Below, in pieces: positions 12,812 to 27,346 of a stretch of 53,211 nucleotides of DNA; within the stretch, counting starts at the first letter, position 1, and the number at the start of each line of letters is the position of its first letter. Made by a program: the position numbers and the translations under genes. The stretch comes from Octopus bimaculoides (lineage: Eukaryota): the NCBI RefSeq assembly GCF_001194135.2, contig NC_068993.1, positions 59,239,843-59,293,053 on the forward strand. Direction: 5' to 3'. The notes below the pieces were generated by a model. The model did no database searches and was not told the DNA's origin. It saw only the letters and a program-made list of their open reading frames with translations.

Positions 12812-14328
12812 NNNNNNNNNNNNNNNNNNNNNNNNNNNNNNNNNNNNNNNNNNNNNNNNNNNNNNNNNNNNNNNNNNNNNNNNNNNNNNNNNNNNNNNNN
12901 NNNNNNNNNNNNNNNNNNNNNNNNNNNNNNNNNNNNNNNNNNNNNNNNNNNNNNNNNNNNNNNNNNNNNNNNNNNNNNNNNNNNNNNNNNNNNNNNNNNN
13001 NNNNNNNNNNNNNNNNNNNNNNNNNNNNNNNNNNNNNNNNNNNNNNNNNNNNNNNNNNNNNNNNNTATATATATATATATATATATATGTGTTGCATTAT
13101 AGTTTATCGGACTAAAACACTATGTCGTGATCACAATCCATTAGTCGATGTTCAAATTCAAACTCCACAGACTTTAAACTTAAATCTTAATTTTTCACTG
13201 TCTACACACAATATAGAACCATATCAAAATGTTACATCGGCTTAAAACCATTTCGCTTATATCAGAAACCAAGGAAATGAAACGCCCCTAGCTCACCACA
13301 CTCGGTGTTTCTTACTAAACAAACAACGCACTAAATATTCATTATGCAATTAACACTTTCCCGGCGATTTTCTATGAAGCAAGATAAAACATTTCGGTGA
13401 ATATGATATATTATTATACTTCTAGAATTAATTGTATAAATTATGTATTTATGCACGTATATGATTATATACGCCTCATATAATTCCATTAACTCACATT
13501 CTATAATTTAATATTTTATCTATATTGTTCCGAGGGAGGGGAAGAAGGGTAGGAAACGGAGGAAAGATTTCCTGGAATGTTTCGAGGAGGGGAAGGAATA
13601 GGAGGAAAGGGAGGGAGGATTTCTTTGAAGGTTCGGAGTAGGGGATGAAGGGGAGAAAAGAGCGGATGTAAACATTCCCGGAAGTTTTCCCGTACGCGTG
13701 AGACACGATCCCACACCTCTTTGTTTACGTGACCAAGTGTGCTACCAACGTGCTTTAAGCTTATAATATACCATTATATATATATATATANNNNNNNNNN
13801 NNNNNNNNNNNNNNNNNNNNNNNNNNNNNNNNNNNNNNNNNNNNNNNNNNNNNNNNNNNNNNNNNNNNNNNNNNNNNNNNNNNNNNNNNNNNNNNNNNNN
13901 NNNNNNNNNNNNNNNNNNNNNNNNNNNNNNNNNNNNNNNNNNNNNNNNNNNNNNNNNNNNNNNNNNNNNNNNNNNNNNNNNNNNNNNNNNNNNNNNNNNN
14001 NNNNNNNNNNNNNNNNNNNNNNNNNNNNNNNNNNNNNNNNNNNNNNNNNNNNNNNNNNNNNNNNNNNNNNNNNNNNNNNNNNNNNNNNNNNNNNNNNNNN
14101 NNNNNNNNNNNNNNNNNNNNNNNNNNNNNNNNNNNNNNNNNNNNNNNNNNNNNNNNNNNNNNNNNNNNNNNNNNNNNNNNNNNNNNNNNNNNNNNNNNNN
14201 NNNNNNNNNNNNNNNNNNNNNNNNNNNNNNNNNNNNNNNNNNNNNNNNNNNNNNNNNNNNNNNNNNNNNNNNNNNNNNNNNNNNNNNNNNNNNNNNNNNN
14301 NNNNNNNNNNNNNNNNNNNNNNNNNNNN

Positions 14329-14363
<35 letters not shown>

Positions 14364-15330
14364 TAATGTGTGTGTGTGTGTGTGCTAATGTATATGTACA
14401 CACACAAATACACACGCACTCTCACTCACATATGTGTACGTTTATGTCTATCTGTCTGTATGTATGTATGTATGTAAGTATACTCATATATATACATCTA
14501 CATCTACTTATATGCTTATATATACATCTACATTTACTTATATCTGTCCAAGTTCTTTGATCTACTGTAAATTATACACCAAAGTTGTTCTTTGTAATCT
14601 TTCCGCCTTTCGTATAATGTTTATGGGAAAATGGCGACGGATGTGACATGATATTTATGGTTTATTCATAGACCCTGGATTACTATTTCTAGCCGATCAT
14701 CTAGCGACTTCTCTCAAATTTTGCAAACAAGTACCAATAATTGGAAAGTATACTTCCTTAAAAAAGACGTCTTTTATAAAACTTTCGACTTCATAATTTT
14801 AAAAAATTCTCTGACTATATATTTTCAGTCATATAAACGTTAAATGTTATTTTACAAAAGGTGAATGTTAATCGACTTCAAATTATTTTAACTATTTCTT
14901 TTTCGTGTAAACATTAAAAAAAAATAATAAAACGCACAGTGTTGTACAGTAGATGGGCATAAAATTCAAGTGCATAAGACGAAAGGGCTTGTAGTTTTCT
15001 GTGCTCTAGTAGCCGAAACTGAAGTGTAATATTCGGGTTTGTGTTGCTGCTAGAGTGGAAGTTTCCCAAACTGAAGGCCAAGTGGGACTGAACAAGCACT
15101 GAATTTGATCAAGCTATTTTCAGGCGGACGTAGATAATATATTCTGAAATGCAGATTATTAAAATGTTTATTTTTTTTTATCCTAGTTATTTTATAGATG
15201 CAAATATACTTTTAATCTGGAATCCGAAAATAACCTGTAAACTAAGACAATCTGTTTTATATTATATTATATTATTATATTGTGCAAATGTGCATATGTA
15301 TGTATATATGTATATATGTATATATGTATG

Positions 15331-15361
<31 letters not shown>

Positions 15362-16479
15362 CTATTTATATATATGTATATAATATATACTTTCTATCGT
15401 CTTGGCCTAACAGCCCTTATTATTTGTTTTCACTTTCTTTTTACTATCTTGTTCTCACTGTCCTGTTCTAATTAACACTTTCACCCTCCGCAAAAAATTC
15501 CAAATTTTATTTGGTTTGCTTTGCGGGAAGGACTGTTCCAACCAAGTCGCATATTGTCCTTGCCTTCGAAACGCTGAGTAGATGGACAGGGACAATTGAT
15601 GAAGGGAAATTTTCTTTATGTTGCATGTCTCGTGTCTCTGTTTTTTTCGTTGTTCGAAAAAAAGTTCGTTTTCTGTTTTCGTTTCTCATTGTGTTTAACG
15701 ATTTNNNNNNNNNNATATATATATATATATATATATATACATGCCTACGTTCCTACCTACATATATATATATATATGTAGGTAGGTAGGTAGGTAGGTAG
15801 GCAGGTATACGCACGGACACGTTATAAAATCATATGGATTTGCTTGTGTGTATGCATAGATAAGTAGAAAGATACCTGGCGAGAGAAAAGATCAATCACA
15901 CCTTGTGAATGGCAGAAAATAGATTGCCTCTAACTTTCACTAAACAAACAATAAAATGAATAAGAAACAGCCTCAGTGTTCTGAGAAAATATAGAGAATG
16001 CTTTTAAAGGTTATGTATGTGCATACACACACATACGCATTGTTATATATTTTTATAGATTTATAATGCTCTTTTTTAAATGCTGTTTCTTCTCTTATTG
16101 TTAACTGCACACTCATCATACTTTTACTTTTATGTAAATGCTTTATCCTACATATCAAACATCGGTGACGTGATCAGCGACAATTGCAGAGTTCTGAGTT
16201 GTAGGAAACCACAATGTCAGCATTATTGCAAATATTTACGTTCTGCATTTTGTTTAGTACATTTTATCCGCCCGTTGCATGATTCGGAAGTATAAGGATG
16301 TAAATATAAACACACATCAGTAGGAGCATGTGTTTATATATATATATGTGTGTGTGTGTGTGTGAGTGTGTGTGTGTGTGTGTGCGTGCGTGCGTGCGTG
16401 AGTAAATGCTGTATGGTTGTATGGTAAAGAAGTTCGCTTTGAAGACATATATATATATGTGAAACTTTGATCCCTACAC

Positions 16480-16608
16480 ACTTTCTCTTACCGTAAATTT
16501 TTCGTTCTCTTTTTTTCCCCTCTTTATGTCGAAGAGCGTAGGCTCGAAACGTCAAAGACTTTTCCATTTAAATTAATACACCCGCTTGTTGTTACCTCAC
16601 CTGTCTTC
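16480..16608 (+). repeat. Interspersed repeat copy 1, Penelope-terminus-like
   Basis: gaagagcgtaggctcgaaacgt(c)aaagacttt at 16531 is shared with 48191; the gaag..cgaaacgt motif is typical of Penelope-like termini (inference). Confidence 0.6.
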
Positions 16609-16716
16609 NNNNNNNNNNNNNNNNNNNNNNNNNNNNNNNNNNNNNNNNNNNNNNNNNNNNNNNNNNNNNNNNNNNNNNNNNNNNNNNNNNNNNNNNNNNN
16701 NNNNNNNNNNNNNNNN

Positions 16717-16762
<46 letters not shown>

Positions 16763-17428
16763 TGTATGTATGTATGTATTCATACCTTCATACATTAGAT
16801 AGATAGATATTTAGATAGACAGACAGTTAGGTAGATGGATAGATAGATAGATAGATAGATAGATAGACAAACAGACAGACAGATATCATGCCTCAGCGTG
16901 GCCTCACCCTATGGTTGTAACCAATAATAAAATAGTATACATATCTGTCATATGCGTACGGTGTGAGTGTATGTTTCTGCGTGTTTACGTGCGTGCGAGC
17001 GTGTATGTGTGTGTGTGTATTTGTATGTGTGTGTGTGTGTTTACAACGTGACAAACATTGGAAGAAAGATATGAGCAAGCAGCCATCAATTCGCAATGAA
17101 ATCTCTCTTCCGTCCATTTTGTCCTTGACGATATTCCTCCTTGTATCACGGCCTCGCCTGTTTACCCAACTTCTTCACAGCCTCCTCTTCCTCTTCCTCC
17201 TACTCTTCTCCTCCTCCCTCTTGCTCCTCTTGATCTTTCTTGTTTGATGCTTTTACACATTAGTTGGATCTAACATGCACAGAGTTGTCTTTTAGTACAT
17301 TAACACATGCACAACTACACACAAAGATACCTTCATTTTCTCACGCACCACACACATACACACGTATATGCATATGTCCTTGTGTGTGCTTATATCTTTA
17401 TATGTATATATATATATGTATATATATA

Positions 17429-17471
<43 letters not shown>

Positions 17472-17780
17472 NNNNNNNNNNNNNNNNNNNNNNNNNNNNN
17501 NNNNNNNNNNNNNNNNNNNNNNNNNNNNNNNNNNNNNNNNNNNNNNNNNNNNNNNNNNNNNNNNNNNNNNNNNNNNNNNNNNNNNNNNNNNNNNNNNNNN
17601 NNNNNNNNNNNNNNNNNNNNNNNNNNNNNNNNNNNNNNNNNNNNNNNNNNNNNNNNNNNNNNNNNNNNNNNNNNNNNNNNNNNNNNNNNNNNNNNNNNNN
17701 NNNNNNNNNNNNNNNNNNNNNNNNNNNNNNNNNNNNNNNNNNNNNNNNNNNNNNNNNNNNNNNNNNNNNNNNNNNNNNNN

Positions 17781-17823
<43 letters not shown>

Positions 17824-17898
17824 TATATTCATGTATATATACATATATATATATATATATTCATATGCATATATATATAAATGCATACATACGTATAC

Positions 17899-17959
<61 letters not shown>

Positions 17960-18639
17960 AGTATACATATGTCAACATACAATTAATTATATTTATATCC
18001 ATATATATATATATATACACACACTCGTATATATAATACATGTGTATAATGTGATATTCGAAAATACACATACACACTCACACACACTCACACACACTCA
18101 CACACACTCATACACACACACTCACACACACACACATGCACACTTACATACATACATACATACATACATGTTTGTCCCTGTATCTTTTGTCTCTGGACAA
18201 CCAAGCCTCTATGATAATATGGTGGGAAAGTTTAACCACTTTTAATTGCGCGTGTAGGTGTTTGCATGTGTGTATTCGTGTTGTTCGTCTGTGTGTGTGT
18301 ATGCGTGCGTGTGTGTGTGCACCTCAAAGAATAAGAAAAAACGGTTTTCTCTTTTTTTTTCGTTATCGAATCGATTCGATCTGTTGGTAATGCACATTTC
18401 GTATAAATGCCTTCGGTTTAATTATTCTTTAAGAGCTTCTCAACATGAGATAATAAAAAGGCATCATCGACGCTTTATGCTTCATCGTATTATACACATG
18501 TGCGGGTAACGAGGTGTTTGCGTGCATGTTTCTATGTATGTATATCTACCGATCTATCTATCTATCTTTCTATCTATCTAATATGGATGTATGTTTGCAT
18601 GTATGTATTATGTAAACATGCCCGTATATATGTGTGTGT

Positions 18640-18671
<32 letters not shown>

Positions 18672-18846
18672 NNNNNNNNNNNNNNNNNNNNNNNNNNNNN
18701 NNNNNNNNNNNNNNNNNNNNNNNNNNNNNNNNNNNNNNNNNNNNNNNNNNNNNNNNNNNNNNNNNNNNNNNNNNNNNNNNNNNNNNNNNNNNNNNNNNNN
18801 NNNNNNNNNNNNNNNNNNNNNNNNNNNNNNNNNNNNNNNNNNNNNN

Positions 18847-18929
<83 letters not shown>

Positions 18930-19090
18930 GTGAATGAATGCATGTTACTGCGTAGAAACATGGAGGAAATTTACTCAATTTGCTGAATAAACATTGAATT
19001 GAATTTGGAATTTTAATGGAGTCTGTTGTCAGGAGTTAACCACTAGAGCGAAACTCGGAGTGATGTAAGTGAAACTTAACTTTCTATCAA

Positions 19091-19132
<42 letters not shown>

Positions 19133-19335
19133 CGGTGAAAAGCGTAATAAATACATTTGTATGCATATACATAGATAACTATTTATTTGCATTTTTTTAT
19201 ATAAATAATAGAGAAAATATTATATGGATATTATGTATATATTCATTTAATTATAAATATTAGCAATGAGCAATAGAGGAAGACACACATATATATATAT
19301 ATGTATGTATGTATACATACAAATATACATACATA

Positions 19336-19369
<34 letters not shown>

Positions 19370-19995
19370 CACACACACACATACATACATATATGTACAT
19401 AACGAAAAGGTGTGAGTATGACATGGTATATGCACGTGTAGTTGTGTGTACCTGAACAGTAATGGTCTACTTTCTGTGTGGTTACAGTTTTCTTTTTGTG
19501 TACGTGTATTGAGTTTGCGTGTGTATAGAAATCCGCTATCGATACCTCCTCCATTCAGAGAAAATGTTTGTGAGCTGAAATCTTGATGGGTGTTCTATTT
19601 ATAGTCCGCCCTCTCCAGCCCTTCCATTCTTCACCTATCAACCGTCCTCTTTCACTCTCTTTCTCTCTAATTCAATCTACTTCAACACGGAATGTGTTAG
19701 CATCAGTATAATAGTATCTTGTTTTGTACAGAAACGGCTAGGAAGTTGCCAAAAATTAATACAAACCAACTAGACAGCAATTCACCGCAAATGTGTTCGG
19801 CGAATTTTTCGTAAAGGTAATGCTTCGGTTTATCGATCGATAACTGCGGATTCTATAGATTTATCTAGGTGGAAAACTTGACAAATCTATCGACAATCTT
19901 CTCCTACAGTTCTTCTCTTCTCTCTATCTATCTCACTGAAAAAAATATATATACCTGCTGTACTGATGGTATTTCGACGGCTGTTATCTGTATAA

Positions 19996-20047
<52 letters not shown>

Positions 20048-20390
20048 TTTAGAAAGAAAACCTTTTAGTCTTCACTGTTCATTTTAGGTTCTATTGTTAG
20101 TGGCTTGCATCAGACATCAATGCATATTTCATATATTTTCGGTTATACTAGCATAGACCACTGTCTCGGTGACTTTATGCTATTAGTTTGTCTTCGGTAC
20201 TGGCCGTAGTCTCTCTCAATCGTGACTTGCATTATCATTTATTCTTAATTCTATTTTTAACTTAGTCCAGTACTATATAGCAAACTGAGACCATTCATTC
20301 TATCTTAATTTAAGCCGTCTCATATATACAATTGATTTGAACAGACTTCTTATCTATCCTACTTTTAGTACGGTTATCTGGATGTCATCC

Positions 20391-20552
20391 ATAGCTGTGT
20401 GGTTTAGAAGAACACTTCGCCACTAATTGCTTTCCGGTTCGAATCCGGCTCAATTCCACATGGATACGTGTCAGAAACTTAGGTATAGCTTTGCTTTAAC
20501 CGATGCCTTTGTAAGTGAAGTTAAGTGGACGTAAATTGTGTAGAAGCCTGTT
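20391..20552 (+). mobile_element. Degenerate SINE family C
   Basis: agctgtgtggttta..ggttcgaatcc..aaccgatgcctttgtaagtg..aaattgtgtagaagcc aligns by eye with 26011-26175. Confidence 0.6.
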
Positions 20553-20921
20553 TGAAAGAACGTTCATGTTGTTGGACAACAGGCTTAATTCGTCGCCCTG
20601 CTTAACACCATTTTAGCAGAGCTTACTGTTTGGAAACTTGCATAACGGGTCTCTGAACGGCTGATATTTCTCATTTCCAAGATCCAGTCTATGAACACTA
20701 ACCTTTATCCACATACTCGATCTCAGTATAGACTTCAAATCACACCCAAGTTTGGCTAGGATTTAAAATATTTCATTTTTGTGTTTAGTTTTGCAAGATT
20801 CTTTATATGAACTCGTGTGTTGAAACAAATTTTGGTGTTTCTCGAGAGGTTCATTATGCCAATAATAAAAAATGTACTCCGGTTTCACTTCATCTCTTTT
20901 ATTATTATTAATCAATTCGTT

Positions 20922-21110
20922 AAGGCGACGAGCTGGCAGAATCGTTAGCACGCCGGGCGGAATGCTTAACGGCATTTCGTCCGTCCTTATGTTCTGGGTT
21001 CAAATTCTGCTGAGGTCGACTTTTGCTTTCCATCCTTTTGGGGTCGATGAAATAAGTACCAGTTACCCTTCCCCCCAAATTTCAGGCCTTGCGCCTATAG
21101 TAGAAAGGAG
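20922..21110 (+). mobile_element. tRNA-derived SINE family A
   Basis: aggcgacgagctggcagaatcgttagcacgccggg..gggttcaaattc..gtcgatgaaataagtaccag..aaatttcaggccttgcgcctatagtagaaagg. Confidence 0.9.
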
Positions 21111-21318
21111 TATAAGACAATTAATTCGTTAACTGTCAGCCAATTAACTAATCGTTTGTTTAATAAATCATTCGACCAATCACCTAGGTTTATTTATCAA
21201 AGTCCTTTCGTCAACATTAGCGTTACAAATATGATAGAACACATTAGATAAATGTGAGCATTAACATCTCCAAAGCTATGTGATAGTCCTGCTTTGAAAG
21301 CCTTTAATCCTAATTCTG

Positions 21319-21345
21319 CACTTCCGGGGTTGTCACGTGGCCAAT
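21319..21345. promoter_or_regulatory. ETS + USF/TFE-type E-box + CCAAT cluster
   Basis: cacttccgg (21319-21327), gtcacgtgg (21332-21340) and ccaat (21341-21345) within 27 nt. Confidence 0.4.
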
Positions 21346-21850
21346 CATTAACAGCAGTAATTTGATCTCCGAATTTCTTCATTCAAGACTGTATCCAGTT
21401 TAGAGCAGTAATGCCAATGAATACTGCTTTCATTTAGTCATTTTATCCTTCCATTACGCATGTGATTCATATTCCTTTCAGACCTGCAAGCCATAATTAA
21501 ATTTACACCTACAATCTGTTTAATATCATTTTAGGCTAAGAATCAATATTCAAATATATTTATAACATAAGGCAGGACAGCTTCGCAGAGGTTGTCTGTA
21601 CTTTTCGGAGTTAGAAAATTTTACATCTGTCACACAGTTGACGAAACAATGTACAGCTATAAGTATTGGTTACATTTGGCTATTATTTTTAGCAGATCGA
21701 ATGACCACGTAGAGACTCTCTCTCCTTCGTTCAGTGGAATGTTAGTTTAATGCAATATTTCAGTGTTATGGTTAATTATATTCACGAGCACGTGTGTGAG
21801 TAAATAAATAGAGCATATATAGGTTTTTATTATGTGTGAGAGGTTGGAGT

Positions 21851-22090
21851 GGAGGCGCAATGGCCCAGTGGTTAGGGCAGCGGACTCGCGATCACAGGAT
21901 CGCGGTTTCGATTCCCAGACCGGACGTTGTGAGTGTTTATTGAGCGAAAACACCTAAAGCTCCACGAGGCTCCGGCAGGGGATGGTGGCGAACCCTACTG
22001 TACTCTTTCACCACAACTTTCCTATTTCTCTTGTGCCTATAATTCAACGGGTCAGCCTTATCACACTGAATATCCCCGAGAACTATTAAG
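21851..22090 (+). mobile_element. tRNA-derived SINE family B
   Basis: ggaggcgcaaTGGCCCAGTGGttagggcagcggactcgcg..gcGGTTTCGATTCCcagacc: A and B boxes followed by a non-tRNA body. Confidence 0.85.
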
Positions 22091-22639
22091 GTTTCGAAAA
22101 GAGCAAGAATCCTTTCCTAAAAAAAAAAATGCAGTCTTTTCTTACAACCGTGTGCTTGAGCTGGTGGTTAACCGATTGAACTCTAAATCTCCAGTCAAGA
22201 AGAGAAAATGCATACACAATCTCTCTATATATAGTACGATCGACAAACCGTGAAACGGTCCGTCAGGTGACAACTTTACACCTTTTTTCTAACATTAACA
22301 ATATAGAATGAATGTATGTACATTTTTATTTTACACACGATGAGGTTATTATCATTAATGCGCGTGTGCCTAACTGTAAATGTATGAGTGTGTATACAAT
22401 ATATACACGAAAAATTTAAAAAAAGAAACACTACAATTTGATTAAAGCTGATTAAATAGCAAAAATCAATAAATGAAGATGAAGATAGATAACATGTGTG
22501 TGTGTGTCTGTGTGTGTGTGTGTGTGTGCTTTAAATCTGTAAATGCTATTAGGTATTATGGGGTATATCTGTAGATTAATGGTTGGTGAGTCTGTGTATG
22601 TGTGTATGAACGTGCGTGTATGTATGCACGTATTAATGG

Positions 22640-22729
<90 letters not shown>

Positions 22730-23761
22730 AGTACTTCTCGAATGTAATACAGATACAGAAATGTGTGTATAAATGTACAACAGAGTAAATCTATAGGTTT
22801 TAGCCAGCTGTTTACAGCTAACTAAAATAGATAAGTGATATTATGAATGTCCGTATGTCTGTGTATGCATATGTGTAATGTGTTTGAGTATTTTTCGGAT
22901 GTAATACAGAAATATGTATTTAAATCTATAGAAATTTAGTATGTACTACGGAATATTTGTATCAATTCTAACCAACAATGTATATATAAAGAGAGGTATA
23001 AATACACTGTCTTAATATACAGCCTCTTTGTGAACTGAAGAAAAAGGATCATCCGATCTAGTTTCAATCCTATGCTATGATTTCATTAGTCATTGAATAA
23101 ATCCACTGTTACAAAGAACTTTAGTAAAGCGAATAAACTGATTTGCATATTACAACGCATTTTTGAAAACTAGATTAATACATTACTGTGGTACATTCAC
23201 AGTGTATAGATTTTAGTCAACATTGTATGTGATAGATGTAAGGACCTTGTTGCTATGTACAATATACTTAACTACCCACCCACGGGACCACCGCTTATAA
23301 ATCCATATTAACTAAAGCTTAAGTAAATCGGGTAGCCGGATTTGCTTACAATTACGCATCCTTGGCTCCAGCTCGATTCATAAATTAATGGTACATCGTG
23401 TCTTGTTCCAATGCTGTATTGTACTTCAGTGTATAACTATAGATTTTACTAAACACTTTACGCCTTAATAATAGTGGATTATAAGTATTGTCTCAGCAAT
23501 TTAATATGTGTATGTGCGTAGTGTGTCTCCAGAGAATAAACGCATATACTTAGATATATGCGTGTTAGTGTATTTGTATGAATGTGAAAGAGACGGAGAA
23601 AGATCAATGAACTATATTATACCATCTTCAATGACAAGCTAATAATAACACGCCCTATCACTAATATCCAATAATTACTGATAACCTTGAATAATTGTTT
23701 TGCAATAATTGCATTACATAATATATATTAATACTTTATTATTATAAATAAATAATGAAGA

Positions 23762-23887
<126 letters not shown>

Positions 23888-23924
23888 CGGATAGTATTTT
23901 AAATCAATAGTATAGTTGAGTGAT

Positions 23925-24900
23925 GAATTGGTAGAATCGATACGGTGTCAAACAGAACACTTTTGTAGTAATTTTCCTATTCTTTTTCTTTTTTCTTTAC
24001 GTTTTGAGTTCAAATCAACTTGAACCGGTCTCTTTATTTTTACAAGTGGTGGATTACCAGAGTCTTGTCGTAAGAGCGTCTCATAAAAAAGCTTTGCAGC
24101 ATTTGTTTTGACTCTTTGCCCGTATCTATCTATGTATGAAACGATTAAAAAATGGTGGAGTGGTAGAATCATGAGAACACTGAACAAAATGTGTTATTGA
24201 ATTTTGTCACCCCCATTTTACGCTCTGAGTTCAAACACTACTGGAGTCAACTTTGCCTTTCATTCTTGCGTGGCTGTTAAAATAGAGAAATAAATTAGGA
24301 GGGAGGTGGTTGATTAAATTCATTTTCCCAAACATATTCGTGGTTTTTATGTCAATGAAGAATCCATTATTATCTTCGCTGAGATTGTGTCGGTTCTTTA
24401 CGTTCTGAATAAAAATCCCATCGATAGCAACTTCGCCTTTCGTCCCTTCGGATTTGGTAAAATAAAACCCCAGTTAAGTTTGAAGTAAAGGAAGTCAGGT
24501 AGTGTCACGCTCCCCTTAAAATCTCTGACCGTGCACCTAAATTAGAAGCATTTCTAACACGGCAAGATTCGTTAGAGCGTCGAATAGAATGTTTAGAGTC
24601 ATTACATCTAGCTCTTTACGATCCGAGTTCGGATCCCATCGAGATCAACTTTGTCTTTCATCCTTTCGAGGTAGATGAAATAAAACACCATTTAAATAGT
24701 GGATTCGGTAATATCGATTTACACCTGCCTCTAGGAATTGCTGGCTTTGTGCCTAAATCGGAAGCAATTGATAATCGATGCTCTCAGTTTCTGGTTTTCT
24801 GGCTATCGACGAAATTAACTGAGATCGATTTTATCTTCCTTCAAATTTTTCGCCCAATGTCAATATTAGAACGAATCATCATCGATATCGATATTATTCA
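23925..24900 (+). mobile_element. Head-to-tail cluster of about 4-5 degenerate family A SINEs
   Basis: Recurring gtagaatc / tttacg..tgagttc / aactttgcctttcat / tgtgccta modules at about 23925, 24150, 24380, 24560 and a tail near 24800; begins just after the long (ATT)n array. Confidence 0.7.
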
Positions 24901-25057
24901 GAACCCGTTCTGTTCCTTTATAATCTGAAAGAGAAAGTTATGTTTTCATTTAGTCAAAATGTCTTGCTACTGGTCGCCATAGTTACCACGATCACAGAGA
25001 AACAAGACTGGAGAATCACAGAACTAATTCTTGAAACCTGTTTACACTGTGTGTATA

Positions 25058-25137
<80 letters not shown>

Positions 25138-26010
25138 TTAACCAGGCGATCTATTTGCACAGTGAAACTAAATGTATATTTATCAAACGTACACATGTAA
25201 ATTTATTTACGACTTTGTATCCCTCCCCCTATACACACATAACATACACATACATTTACATACACACATAAACACACATGTATATATGTATACATATACT
25301 CACTCACACGCACATTTCTATGTGTGTGTATACACACGCACACACACATACATATATATACACACGAAGTCACACTCACGTACATAGTTTCAGGCATATA
25401 TTTGCATAGACATACAATGGGTAGAGTTTCACCATTCACTACCACCACCACCACTACATCCAGAACCATCCGTTTATTTGTTTTCAGCTCTATTTCTGAT
25501 ACCTAATATATTTCTTTATATTTTCTATTAACTAATTACCAAAAGATCTCGTGCATTTCAATCTATTTCTTTTGCTCTACCTTTGCTTGTATCTACCATA
25601 ATAATCTGATACGCCTCTAGTATTCTGTTTTAATTAGTTTCTTCTTTTCTCTCTGCTCTACATCGCCAGTTTTATTTATTCCAAAGTGTTTATATGTCTG
25701 ATTTTGTGTACGTAACACACTCACACACGCTTGTGAGTTTGTTTTGTTCAGCTTCCTAGATTTAGATTTTTAGATATTTATCTATCTTAACGTTGTTGGT
25801 TTTAATTCTGTTTTCCTGTTATATTTCTTGTGTATTTATTTTGATGTGCGACTGATATGTTATAAGTTATACATACTCCTCAGGTGACAAGGTTATGTCT
25901 TCCACCCAATCTATAGAAATATTTATAGTAGGGCCTTTCAGTTAGTTGTCACCCTTTACCTACAGTTTTAAGCGCAGATTTATTACCTCTCAGTTGCAGA
26001 TTTATTTACA

Positions 26011-26175
26011 AAGGCGTAGGAGTGGCTGTGTGGTAAGTAGCTTGCTTACGAACCACATGGTTCCGGGTTCAGTCCCACTGCGTGACACCTTGGGCAAGTG
26101 TCTTCTACTATAGCCTCGGGCCGACCAAAGCCTTGTGAGTGGATTTGGGAGATGGAAACTGAAAGAAGCCCTTCG

Positions 26176-26220
<45 letters not shown>

Positions 26221-26390
26221 GTGTGTGTCTGTGTTTGTCCCTCCAACATCGATTGACAACCGATGCTGTGTGTTTACGTCCCCGTTCGGCAAAAGAGACC
26301 GATAGAATAAGTACTAGGCTTACAAAGAATAAGTCCTGGGGTCGATTTGCTCGACTAAAGGTGGTGCTCCAGCATGGCCACAGTCAATAC
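26011..26390 (+). mobile_element. tRNA-derived SINE family C with internal (TA)/(TG) microsatellite
   Basis: aggcgtaggagtggctgtgtggtaag..ggttcagtcccactgcgtgacaccttgggcaagtgtctt (CORE-like ccttgggcaag), then a microsatellite and a 3' part ending ctccagcatggccacagtc. Confidence 0.85.
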
Positions 26391-26529
26391 CGATAAAATA
26401 AGTGCCAGTATTTTTAAAAAATAAGTACTGGGGGCTATTTGTTTGGCTAAACCCTTTAAAGCAATGCGCCAGCATGGACATAAACAGAAGGTGAAAGGTA
26501 ACACCTTTCTATTTCTGGAAAAAAACAGA

Positions 26530-26720
26530 TAACCAGAATCGGTAGAGCACGTTTTAAATTCTAAGCTTAAATCTTACAAATAACTGAGGAGAATAGCTTT
26601 GCTTTTTATTCCTCCTGGGGTAACAAAATAAACAACTACTTAAAAGCGAGTGGTATATTTAACCGACTATTCGCCCCCACCGATTAAAATTTATAATGGT
26701 GTGCCTTTATTAGAAATCAA
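26530..26720 (+). mobile_element. Degenerate SINE family A
   Basis: cagaatcggtagagc..ctttgctttt..ggggtaacaaaataa..gtgcctttattagaaatcaatatt. Confidence 0.5.
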
Positions 26721-27099
26721 TATTTCACTATTTCTGGCTTTTTTTGATAATTTTATTTTCATTCTCTTTATCTGTTTGTTTAATCTCGTATAAAATATTC
26801 AGAGGTTTCTTTCATTTCTTTCAAATAGTTCATTATAATTAAAGAATTATTATCGTTTCTTCAGGTAGTTTAATACGCTACGTCTTTATGGACACGTCTT
26901 CTTTTAATCTCACATTCATTTCTTTGACTTCCATTCTCCTGTATTTCTGTCTTTTATCTCTTCTACATTATATTGATAAATATTTATATTCTTTACTGTT
27001 CTAACTAGTTTCATTCCTCCTCCTCTTCCTCCTCCTCCTCCTCGTCGTCGTCGTTGTTGTTTTGTTAACTCTAAATAGTCTTTGAACCAAGAGACCTAT

Positions 27100-27308
27100 G
27101 ATGATCAAAGCCATCCTTGAAGGGTTTTGTTGAATAAATTGACCCCAGAAGTTATTTCTTAAAAGTCCAGCACTTATTCATTCGGTTGCATTTTACGGAA
27201 ATGTAAACAGGCTAACACCGACTGTTAAGCAGTGGTGGATAAAGGCAAACATAAAGAAACACCCGTGCACACGTACACACACACACATGCATATACTCAT
27301 TTATTATT

Positions 27309-27346
<38 letters not shown>

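Noticed and set aside
15753-15790. Perfect inverted repeat cctacctac-(AT)n-gtaggtagg
   Set aside because: Made of simple repeats next to a gap; no evidence of function.
21197-21382. 61-aa - strand ORF MKKFGDQITAVNDW...
   Set aside because: In-frame stop immediately upstream, no splice support, no recognisable family.
21851-21925. Possible tRNA gene
   Set aside because: A and B boxes are present but the sequence continues into a SINE body; no proper acceptor stem or terminator.
23925-24900. CRISPR-like or satellite array
   Set aside because: Units are degenerate SINE copies of ~150-200 nt, not identical short repeats with unique spacers; eukaryotic context, no cas genes.
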